Part shown: positions 12,929 to 22,857 of the stretch, piece after piece | Layout: each line of letters begins with the position of its first letter | How positions within the stretch are numbered: the first letter of the stretch is position 1 | Assembly: GCA_018398765.1 (NCBI GenBank) | Contig: JAHBMJ010000267.1 | Location: 1 to 51,961 of the forward strand | Source: Chromera velia | Lineage: Eukaryota | Direction of reading: 5' to 3' | DNA length: 51,961 nucleotides | Notes under the pieces: model-generated | What the model was told of the DNA's origin: nothing | The model's database searches: none | The model's input: the letters and a program-made list of their open reading frames with translations, nothing else | Made by a program: the position numbers and the translations under genes

Positions 12929-15208
12929 CCCTAAAGAATTGGGAGTTGAATTGGGTGTTGAATTGGTAGTACTACCAATTTTTTACCGCCAGTAACTCCC
13001 AATTTTGAAAAATTGGTACCTAGTCTAGTAAAAGAAGTACATAGAGTTTGAAGCTAAGACAGGGGCTCACTAGACAGGGGCTCACTAGTCTCTAGCCGTA
13101 GTCATTAGACTCTAATTCATTACTAGGAACAAATTCTATGAACATTTAGAGTCACCTAAAAATTGGGAGTTACCATTTTTTTTTTTTTGGATTAACTACC
13201 AATTTTTAAGAAAATCAACACCCAATTTTTTTTTTTGGACTACCAATTTTATAACTTCTCCTAGAAAGTAAAATATATACGGAAAAAAAGAACGCTGTAA
13301 TAGAACAGTGTTGCGGCCTAGGTTACGGCTGCACAGAACTTCATAAATCCATAAGTTTTGTATAGTTTCATAGTGTTATTCATGCTTGAAGTCCCTCCCG
13401 GCGTGACACATCGGCAAAATATGCTTGCATGGCTTTCTTTCTCTTGCACAACCACGCAAAAACTAGATCTTCCAGAATAAAACGATCATATGAATAATGT
13501 CCCCCCTGTGGGACAAAACGTTTGCAAACCTTCTTATGATATGATTCAAAGCCGTAGCATTTCGCTGTGTTCAACCCCCCAAACTGGCGGGTCCACACCG
13601 GGAAGTGCGAGTAGAAGTGAGTCTTTGGGACCGCCTACCCATAAGACTTGCAAAAAAGGTCTTGCCAAGTCTTTATCACCATATTCAGCTCTACAAGTTT
13701 CTCATTCATGATTGAACCTGTCAACGTGGAAAGGATCCACGAATGCAAGTAAAAAGAACAAGCAAGAGAGTTCTCTGCAACAAAAATGTCCGGGCACCTT
13801 TTTTCAGTGAACTCAACCATGTAAGGGAAAACGTGTCTGACATCTGCAGCCCCCAATTTAATCTTTCTATTGTTTCGTGGAATCTCTTGGACCCACTGAG
13901 TAGCCTGAGGGGGCAGCCCTGTTTTTTGCCACATATCTGAATCAAACAGAAACGAATTCAATTCCTCCATCTGAAAGAGCTTCTTCTCATTCACTGCCCA
14001 AACAAGAAAAAGTTCCAGCTCTTTTTTCGCTTCACCCTCGTCTACGATATGCAAAATATCATGTTGTACGGACCGCAGGATAAAAAAGAAAAGCAGAGAC
14101 AACAAAAGGGAAATTCCTGTGAAACCCCGCTGTTTGACCTCCAGGTGGTTCTCGCGAAAGCCGACTTCTTCACACTTGTCAAGATCCGTTTTTAGAGACG
14201 CCTCTGTAGAAAGTGGAAACTCTGTGGTAAAGTCTTTTACCAGATCTCCCGCCCTGTGGTTTCTCCGATATAGGCAATCCAGACAGAATCGAAAAGTAAA
14301 AGTTCTCGTCAGTGCCCCCCTCCTCCCCAGCGCTCTGCAACCATGGTCGCACAAACTTTAAGCCGACAGAGGGAGAGGTCAAAGGAAATGGACAAGGATG
14401 GATTTGTCATTCCTACCGAGTTTTGGGAGAGATTCGCTGTGGGGAGAGAGCTGAATATCGCTCATGCAATGTTTTTAGATGTCAAGTTCATCGTAAAGAT
14501 TTTGGAGCTGAAAGAGCTCACAGATGAAAAAAGGCAGACATCGGAATTTTTTCAGATGATTCCTTGGTCGTTTTTCAGTACACCCATGTTGTTCCCCCCC
14601 AAAATCTATCAAAAGAGAAGAAAAAGGAATATGATCTCCATTTAAAGCGTCTGGGAACCACTAAGTGGGAGATGTTTGGGAGAGAGGGGCATGATCTGAA
14701 CAAAGATCAGCAGCCACTGTCTAGCATATGGAGGGATTATGAATTCTGGTAGGCTTACATGGTCAATTGGATCGATTTTCGCTCTGTTTTTTATACTAGT
14801 ACGTGCAGCTTGTGTAGAGCTGTCCACTATCTATTTTGTATTGCATTAGCGGTGCACTATGACACATAAAATAAAAGTTTCAAGTTGACTCCCAATTTTT
14901 TTTTTTTGGTATTACCAATTTTTTTTTCGGCGGTCCTAAAAAATTCCTATTTAAAAATTGGTAACTCCCAATTTTTAGGTGACTCTAAGTGTTCATAGAA
15001 TTTGTTCCTAGTAAGGAATTAGAGTCTAATGACTACAGCTAGAGACTAGTGAGCCCCTGTCTAGCCCGTACATAAAATTTTAGCTTCAAACTCCAAGTAC
15101 TTCTTTCACTAGACTAGGTACCAATTTTTCAAAATTGGGAGTTACTGGCGGTAAAAAATTGGTAGTACTACCAATTCAACACCCAATTCAACTCCCAATT
15201 CTTTAGGG
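12929..15208 (-). mobile_element. CMC/EnSpm (CACTA-like) DNA transposon with ~250-bp TIRs
   Basis: Termini CCCTAAAGAATTGGGAG...CTCCCAATTCTTTAGGG. TIRs ~12929-13175 and ~14957-15208 with repeated AATTGG(G/T)AGT subterminal motifs. 2-bp TG flanking duplication. Transposase remnant inside. Confidence 0.88.
13380..14354 (-). pseudogene. EnSpm/CMC-family transposase, C-terminal part, with an in-frame stop at 13635-13637
   Basis: ORFs 13635-14354 and 13380-13598 share one frame: CDHG..FCLDC (CxxC)..HDILHIVDEG..*AVPKTHFYSHFPVWTRQFGGLNTAKCYGFES. This matches the CMC CxxC, DxxH, PKxHxxxH and FE motifs. Confidence 0.8.
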
Positions 15209-15696
15209 TGATGCCTGTCCATGGCCGGGAGGATCTGTAGAGTCTTACCCTGTGGTACCGCTCTTTGAGCCTTCGCATGCACCGTGACTGAGTGAGCCAG
15301 CGTGCCACGCCACATTCCGCCGCCGCGCTTTGCTTCGTACGTGTCGCACGCGTGTTGATCAAAGTTGAGTCTGACTTTCACAATGTTCGCATTCAAGCAA
15401 CATATCATACACTTGAGCATTGAGCAACAGATAGGATTGTTTGAGGCTAATGTCTGGTTATTATAGATCGAGAGTCTAAGAGAGAGGAACAGAGAGAAGC
15501 ATAAGTAGAAATTGTGTAATGATAGAATAAACCTAGCTGATTGGAATCCTAGATCGCTCTAGAGCTAAACCTTCTGTAAACTGTTGCCTGAATGAGTGTT
15601 GCTCACGTTCCTTCTCTAGAATTTCCCTAAGGTTCTTGTCCTTGCTTTACCTTCTGTCTAGATGCCATAAGGTGGCTGGACAGGAGAGAAAAAGCA

Positions 15697-17023
15697 GGGA
15701 ACACGGTGAGTCCGTTAATAATGGGGCCTCTCAAGGGTTTGGAGAAACCGGGAATGGTCTTGACAGGGGTGATAAAGTGGTCAGTGTTCTTGCAGTATCC
15801 AACAAGCGCAGGGACGAGAGCTCTGCATCTGTCACCCTTGATCATGGCTCCTTTCCACACTGTGTAGACGGACCGGCTTGTTGCATTCATGGTAGGAATG
15901 GTGAGAACAACGTTCTCGTAAGTGGTCAGCTTGCCCTTCTTCTTGCCACTGAGAGTCTCTGCGGTGTTGAACGATGTTGTGTTCTTCATGGACTTCACCA
16001 CGAACCGTCTGAAGGATTCGGGGAAGAGACCTTTCGTACACCCGGAGTCGACGACGAGGTGCAATCCCTCTAAGAGCTTTTGGCCAGCTCGTATGGCAGA
16101 GTCGCATGTTAGCGCTGTATAGGCGTGACGGGAGGGAGAAAAGACAAAGTGGTGACTCTGGTCTTTCTGAAGAGAGGAAGGCAAAACTGACTTTCTGACT
16201 TTACCAAAAGCTAAGTTTAAAGCAATCATCTCGGCTTCAGGAGTACTACCGATCAGTGTCTTGCAAGTCAGACTTTTTCATTCAGTTTCAATGTAAGAGG
16301 GGAAACCAAGCAAAGTACCGCAGCTTTGGAGTCTATCAGACTGTGCAACACACTCTTTCCCACTCTGACCTATATATAGTTGCGTGTCAGCCCCTTCAGT
16401 CATACAGATCCACTCGGTGTACGAGTCAGTGGCATCAGCCTCTTCATGTTTATGATCATCCGCCAAGTCAGCCGCAGGTCAGCAAAGTGGACGTTCTTCT
16501 TGCCTTTGCCTTTCGGCAGGCAGCCGACCAGTGGTTCTTCTTGCCGCACTTGTTGCACTTGTCGTCTGGTTTGACCAGACACTCATAAGGCTGAGTCTGG
16601 TTGCAATGGTAGCATCTCTTCTCGTTGTCCTCCTCGACTTTGTCGGCGGGGAAGCGGTTCGGTCGGGACTTTGACTTAGTCCCTCCCTGCAGACCACGAC
16701 GACGACGATGATCTGCAACACCAGCCATCTGCCCTTGCTGTGCAAGCAGCTGTGGAGAAGAAGAAGCCGAACTCAAGATGGACTCCTACTTCGCGAGCAC
16801 ATTGAGACGGTCGAGGATACTGGTGACATCCTTGGCAGCGAGGCCATCAAGTAGTCTGTGCTTGTGCTAGGTGCTTATACTTGTCAGCAATGGAAGCAAC
16901 CAAGGTAAGAAATTGGTTGCTGTTACTAGGGTCGTAGTTGACTTCCTTGCAGTCGTGCATCAGTTGCTTCCAGGCCTCCACGTATGTTGATAGAGGCTGT
17001 GGTTGGGATGTTATAGTCTGTTA
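15697..17023 (-). pseudogene. gag (zinc knuckles) and protease of Copia A
   Basis: PLSTYVEAWKQLMHDC gag-like segment near 16950-17000, CNKCGKKNHWSAAC knuckle, and the VVDSGCT protease active site. Confidence 0.8.
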
Positions 17024-17855
17024 GATCTGAATCTGAATTTTGAATAAATTGAATCGGGTTCCGGAAAGTCATCGGGCATGCAAGTAGAGTGCCAGGGCCC
17101 CTTCCCCAACATGTTGAGGGCCCCCAGTATGCATTTCAAAACGATGATTGAGGTTTTTGTTATGCATGCCGCATCCCCGTGTATGAGGGGCAGATCTAGC
17201 CTAGTCTGTTAAAAGGTTCTGGTTCGTCCCGTCTGTTCTGAATCTAAGAACACTGCTCATTGATTACTTTTACTGCGGCTTATTTCTTAAGCGGCGGTAG
17301 AGTAGGACTCGGAAAACAATGAAAAGAGGGGAAAGGCAGGGCAAAAACTTTCTAAAAGTTTGTCTTCTTGGCAAAGGCTACCCTTTGACGGCAGAGAACA
17401 ACTTTAAAGAGACCCTCCCCATTAATTTGCCCCTTATTTTCTCAACCTTCTTTTCTTCCTTTTTTTTTATGCGTTTGCCCTCTTTTCTTTTTTTTTTTCC
17501 TTCTTGTTTGTATACAATACCCCCAAAAAGCCTTCCTATGACCCTATGGTCTGTCAATCAAACTCTAGGCTTTGGCAGCCTGGCGCCAAAGACAGGGCTT
17601 TGACGATAGAAAGCTTATTCTTTTTAGTATGCAATATTATCAAGGCTCTGGCGACAGAAAGCTAATTCTTTCTAGTATGGAATATACCTCCAGTCTATTG
17701 TAGCTTAAAAATATTATAACATGATTTAATCTAGTTTAACCGAGTTTAATACTCTCTTATAGTATGTGCTATAATTAACTTAAATATTTAAAATAACAAC
17801 AAAAAAAAAATATATTGATTTTAATCAGTTTAAATCTGTCAGTCTTAGTCAGTCT

Positions 17856-18262
17856 TCATTTAGGAATTCTAGATCCACGGACTCTGCGCGCAGCAGGGCG
17901 ATAGTCATCGTCATCATCATCAGACTCTGTAGCCCCCTCTCCTTCGCTGTCACTATATTTGTTCATCGCCCGGGTAAACAAAGTAGCCTTTGCTTTCACC
18001 TTATTTTTTGCCTTAGTTTTTGCTTTTGCTTTCGCTTTTCTTTTTGCTTACGCTCTTTGTCTTCTTGCTTGACGCCTTTCATGCGGTTCAGCCTCCACCT
18101 CCACAGCTTCTTCAATCAATTAGCTAACTTCTCAATGTGCTCTGTAGATTCCACCCCAAACGTCTTCAGAAAGAACTCTAAAACTGACTCCGCAAGGGCT
18201 GCATCTTCAAGGAAGTCCGATACAGCGATTCGCAAATAAACGTCAAAAGGCAGGCTGAACAT
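17856..18262 (-). pseudogene. Decayed ORF of unknown function (Lys/Ala-rich segment, acidic tail)
   Basis: Hand translation FDVYLRIAVSDFLEDAALAESVLEFFLKTFG.. then, after a frameshift and stop, AKRKAKAKAKTKAKNKVKAKA..ESDDDDDDYRPAARR. No family recognised. Confidence 0.3.
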
Positions 18263-18448
18263 TTTGGGAAAAGAAAAGTACACAGACAGTGTCACGGTCA
18301 GATTGAATTCACCAGCCTAAAGGTAGGTGCTGACCATAGCAGACCGACATACAGTAACAAGCCAGAAGACCAAGACGTTTTTCAGACAGTTTTTGTACCT
18401 TTGTGCATGCATGCATTAATACGTATAACTGCAAAAGCCATATGCATG

Positions 18449-18612
18449 TGGGCTTTGGGGCGGCATGGTCGGGCTTTGGTAGGCCTGCGCCTTTAGCATG
18501 GTTGGGCTTTGGTAGGCCCGGGCCTTCGGTGTGGTCGGGCTTTGACAGGCCCGCGCCTTCAGCACGGTCGGGCTTTAGCAGCTGGGCGCCTTCGCCCGGG
18601 CTTTGACAGCCG
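18449..18612. repeat. 33-bp GC-rich minisatellite, about 4.5 imperfect copies
   Basis: Units start at 18467, 18500, 18533 and 18566 with the core GGTCGGGCTTTG(G/A)(T/C)AGGCC. Confidence 0.85.
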
Positions 18613-18678
18613 CTCCGGATTAACCATAAGAAGCCTTCTTGGGGGTAGTATACAAAGAATCAATCACAAAAGGATCGC

Positions 18679-19102
18679 TTAGTTTACGCCCTTTGAGTCG
18701 AAAGACCCGGAAAATGCTGTGACCTCCCTACCAAGAAGGCACTCAGGCTGGAAAGGCCCTCTGGTTCCCCTCTTGCTGTGAATTGAACAGAGAAGATTTA
18801 CGGCAACGAAACGCTGTAGCGTGCAGGAAAGAACTTTATAATACCGGTCCATCAGCCTTATCTGTACTGCCTTGTCTCCCTCTCCTCTTCTCACTCTTCC
18901 GGCCCCCAACTTCGCCATCTCTTTCAAAAAACGAATTGTTCCCTCTCCTGGTCTCCCATATGTCTCAAACACAAGAAGAACAAACCGAAATCTAATTTCA
19001 TAACAGATCTCACCGTACATGTCATTTTTGACCTTCTCCATCACCTTTGCTGCCGACCCTGCTGTTTTTGCGAATCTTCGCAGGCGGTTGGCATCAATTG
19101 AG
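18679..19102 (-). mobile_element. 3' fragment of a CRE-like non-LTR retrotransposon (restriction-like endonuclease C-terminus)
   Basis: AAKVMEKVKNDMY..FRFVLLVFETYGRPGEGTIRFLKEMA..LSCTLQRFVA matches the AAxxxExxKxxKY / FxPxxFETxG / LSxxLQR pattern at the end of CRE/R2-type RLE domains. Confidence 0.75.
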
Positions 19103-19905
19103 ATGCATTTCAAAACTGATGATTGAGCATTTCAAAACTCATTTTTTTTTGTCCGAAATTAATCTGAATCAAGTGCATGCGCTGTGCAAATTTCAGCTGA
19201 ACGCGGTATATATTATGCAAAACATGCTTCGCGGGCCGCCCATTTTTTACGTACTCGGTTCGGGCCCGGGGCTTCGCAGGCCGCCCATTTTTTATACTCG
19301 CGCGCGGTTCGGGGGCTTCGCGCGGCAGCTTGAAGTGCATGTCAAAACCAGGATTTGAAAGGCGCATTCAACGTACCAGGAGGAAACAACACTGCAAGGA
19401 TCTCTCTGCAGTTTTGAGCTGAGGATCTGACGCTGTGATTGGGATGTTTGTCTTCGTCCTCCAGTTCCTCTGCCTGTCGGTGGGCGTCATCAAAGGGCGA
19501 AGAGGTAGTACCTTCCTTCGTGACAGACGGATGGGAGTCTCTACATTTTTGATTCACGAACCCGTGCACGCTGCTTTGAGGCGACACCAGGTGGCTGAAG
19601 TTCATGAGAGGTTGATTTTCCCTTCTGCTGAAAGAGACGCGCTCTCTTCCTCGGCCCTCTCAGGGCATCGGGGGGACGAGGGACAATCCTCTGAGTTTTT
19701 TTCAGAGACACCAAGGTTAGCTGCTTCCCCTTTGACTGTGCCAGTGAGAAGGGCAGGGGAAAAAGGCGGTTCCCTGAAAATGCAACAGCCATTTGCGATA
19801 GAAACTTCGGACAGGACTTCGTGCCCACATGCCACACTCACACACAGAGAGCGAACCCGAGAGGCATGAGGAGTTGCGGTCAAATTGGGGGTGATTGATG
19901 AATGA

Positions 19906-19953
19906 AGTCTCTCTCTCTCTCTGTCTCTATCTCTGTCTCTCTCTCTGTCTCTG

Positions 19954-20012
<59 letters not shown>

Positions 20013-20033
20013 TTGTTTTTGTTTGTTTGTGTA

Positions 20034-20069
<36 letters not shown>

Positions 20070-20505
20070 CTTGTTGAGTGGGGCGGAATGGTGAGGGAAT
20101 TAAGTCGAATGAAGGAAGAAGGACAGAAAGAAGGAAGGAAGCAAGCAAGCAAGCAAGGAAGGAAGGAAGGAAGGAAGAAACGAAGGAACGAAGGAAGAAG
20201 GAGGAAAGGAAGGAAGGAACGAAGGAAGGAGGAACGAATGAATGAATGAATGAATGAATGAATGGATGGATGGATGGATGGATGAATGAATGAATGAATG
20301 CATAAATGAATGAAGGAGGAAAGGAAGAAGGAAAGACGTAAGGAAGGAAGGAAGGAAGGAAGGAGGAGAGGAAGGAAGGGGAAGGAAGGAAGGAAGGAAG
20401 GAAGAGAGGAAGGAAGGAAGAAAGGAAGAGGGAGGAAGGAAGGAAGAAAGGAAGGAAGAAAGGAAGGAAGAAAGGACGGAAGGAAGGAAGGGAAGAAGGA
20501 AGGAA
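19906..20505. repeat. Compound microsatellite block (CT, GT, GA, GAAT, GGAT, GAAG)
   Basis: Simple repeats visible directly in the sequence. Confidence 0.95.
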
Positions 20506-20597
20506 GTGCGTGCATGCCGAGGTGCATCCATCCCGGCAGACTGGATCCATGTTTGAATGGACCAAGCTTACTCTCCTGGATCCCCTTCCTGATGTAA

Positions 20598-22211
20598 ATG
20601 CATCAAACCTGCAGCAAATCCTCAAAGGGGCGATTGAAGACCATTCGAGACCTTGATGTTGCAACGCACCCTGCAGAATGTGGTGACCTTCTCCTAGATC
20701 AAACAGTTGCTGCCAATACCGTTGTCGATTTTGTTATGGAAAACAAGGCAGCACTTCTTCGAGGTTCACCGGCCAGTGGCAAAACGTTTCTGATGCCGGC
20801 AATCAAGGAGGCTGCCGGAAAGAAGAGAGAACGGTGGTCCGACGTGATCGTCATCGAGAGCGGTAACGTTTGGACCTTCGTGGACCGCATGGATCAGTTG
20901 CCGAGCAAGCATGATTATCCGCGACCGTTGGTGATCGTCGACGAGGCTCACATAGCGTGGAGTCTCCCCAGGGCGGACATTTACATAAAGAATTTTCCCA
21001 GCGCGGACGTCGTCTTCGTGACAACTGCGGGACTGTCGTCAGGCACGTGGCGAACCTCACCTGAAACTCTCCGTGACAAGCAGCTGTGGCTTTCCGCTCC
21101 TTCCGTCGATAAGACGGTAGTGATGGAGTGGCTGAGGAAGGTCGTCGGGAGAGCGACCACAAAGCGCACGGAGGATGAGGCAGAGCGCCTCGTCGCGAAC
21201 ACGTACAACATTTGCGGCGGGCACATAGCTCGTATTGTCAAATTTCTCAACGCTGTGCTGAAAGCCGACGGAATTTCTGTGCCGCTCGACGCCCTTGAGA
21301 ACGATCGGTCAGTTTGTGGCGGTGATGGCGGCGAAGCAAACTATGTCTTTGAGCATCCTGAGGCATCGCTGCTGTTCGAAGAGGGCAGTGCTGCCTTCAA
21401 TCTCGGAAAGCTGCGACGCTCGAAGGACAATCTCGACCAAGAGCTTTTATAACGAATCCACAAAGGATTATTCCGGCCGACCGGTTCGTGGAAGGAGCCA
21501 GTCACTACAGCGCCTGTGTCTCTTCTCGATGACGACGGCACTTAGACATTGGAGTCAGCTGCACAACGTGACTACGTGACCAAACACGTGCCTAGACGTG
21601 TGCTCACAGGTCCCATCGGCGGCCTCAAAAAGCGTTTCGCCAATCCCGTGGACGTCCTCCTCGCCGCGCTTCCCCATTGGCCTTCGAACCTCCTTTTTGT
21701 CCGAGACACGGTGGGCGATTGCACCACCCCATTCATGGAGAGCCACGTTCACCAGGGGTTCATCGAAGCACTCCGGTGCATGGAAGTTCTCCGCCCAGCC
21801 ATGAACTTTCAGGTACTGTACAAGGCACCCGCCCAGAGGAGCACGGGGAAGGTGGGCAACCCCCCGTGCCTCGACTTTGTCATCAGCGACGCTTCCGGAG
21901 AAAGGTGGGGTTTTGAGTTCCTTGTCGACGAATCCATCGAGGAACATCATGCACGATTTTCAAACGCAGGCACATATGCCCCGCTGAACCAGAACCGTCA
22001 CCTGACCGTCTACTTCGAGAGCAGACCGGAGAAAACTGACAGGGTACTTAATTTCTTAAGGACGCACGCGGACACGTGCGTTGTCAAGCCCAGCGAGGTT
22101 CTCGGCTGGGACGCTTTCGAAGTTTTTTTCAATAGCAAAGAACTGCACAGACAGTGCGTCCCACGGGTGGGAGGTTTTGAACTAATGTTCGCGCCGCGTC
22201 GAGCGGAGTGA
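20598..22211 (+). pseudogene. Crinkler/RHS-type P-loop NTPase + PD-(D/E)xK restriction-like nuclease protein, interrupted by two in-frame stops
   Basis: Walker A LLRGSPASGKT (GSPASGKT at 20763-20786) and Walker B LVIVDEAH (~20928-20951). C-terminal LDFVI..WGFEFLVD..EEHHARF..GTY. ORFs 20598-21452 and 21549-22211 share a frame, with TAA at 21450 and TAG at 21543. Confidence 0.72.
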
Positions 22212-22857
22212 AGTCGTGAATGTTTTTTTCAATTCCGGTGCATGCATGCACCTGGTTTCTACTTACCGCCGTTTATCAATTAATCAATCACTGATGTTGA
22301 TGAATCAACATACTATTACTTTAGCTAAAAAACCTCAATCATCACTTTAGCTACTGCTACATGATTAAATACTATAGATAAAATACTTAAATTGTTATAA
22401 TTAATACAAAAAAAGTCAAAAGGTTTTTATTGTAGTGTTAGTCCAGACTATAGGGGTTAGATTTTTTGGTAAAAACCTAGGTAAAAACGCAAAAGGTTTC
22501 TGTTATATATTGTTCGGTGCGTAGCCCTTCTATAAAACTAGAAGCTTAACTAGTAAAAAAGTGATTAAGCAAATGAGAATAAGAAAGAATCTAATAAAGA
22601 ATGATGATCCTACTGATGATAATGCTAGTGCTAATAATACATAAATTTCTAAATAAATGGTGCAATTTGTATAAAATTATTATAAATTTAAAGCATAATT
22701 TTTGTTATTAAATTTAAAGCAAACCTTAAAGCACACCAGTCAAAACTTTTTTTGGAAAACATGTAATGAATATAACCTTAGCATAAATTTTTTTTTTTAT
22801 CTTATGCAGTTTTTTAACTGTTTTTATAAATTGATTGCTCACTACTGACGAAGTCTA

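Larger units (their letters stand above)
12472..15696 (+). mobile_element. Miniature non-autonomous LTR element (TRIM-like), interrupted by a DNA transposon
   Basis: LTRs 12472-12920 (TGTGGAG...AAAGCA) and 15236-15696 (TGTAGAG...AAAGCA). 4-bp TSD GGGA at 12468-12471 and 15697-15700. Internal remnant TTATGGTG + ATGCCTGTCCATGGCCGGGAGGATC has a PBS-like TGG start and a short purine tract. Confidence 0.85.
1698..17023 (-). mobile_element. Copia-type LTR retrotransposon A, decayed host element split by nested insertions (own pieces: ~17023-15697, 12471-12354, 3680-1698)
   Basis: Minus-strand order gag-PR-IN-RT. Gag zinc knuckles CYHCNQTQPYEC and CNKCGKKNHWSAAC (ORF 16468-16776). Protease LVVDSGCT (ORF 15627-16229). 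Integrase HKFFGH..CPAC, IFQDL, TDNDGEF, IVERANR (~3540-3040). RT motif DVSTAFLQ (1768-1791). No LTRs of A are visible, and RT is truncated near 1698. Confidence 0.85.

Noticed and set aside
15201..15208. TTTAGGG telomeric repeat
   Set aside because: A single copy that forms the transposon terminus.
18449..18612. Repeat-spacer array
   Set aside because: The variable parts are clearly homologous to each other, so this is a degenerate minisatellite.
19880..20664. ORFs of 143-245 aa rich in PSFL/HSFI
   Set aside because: Microsatellite artefacts.
21450..21545. Reassigned TAA/TAG codons (non-standard genetic code)
   Set aside because: More than 12 kb of long exons and H4 contain no in-frame TAA/TAG, so point mutation is the simpler explanation.
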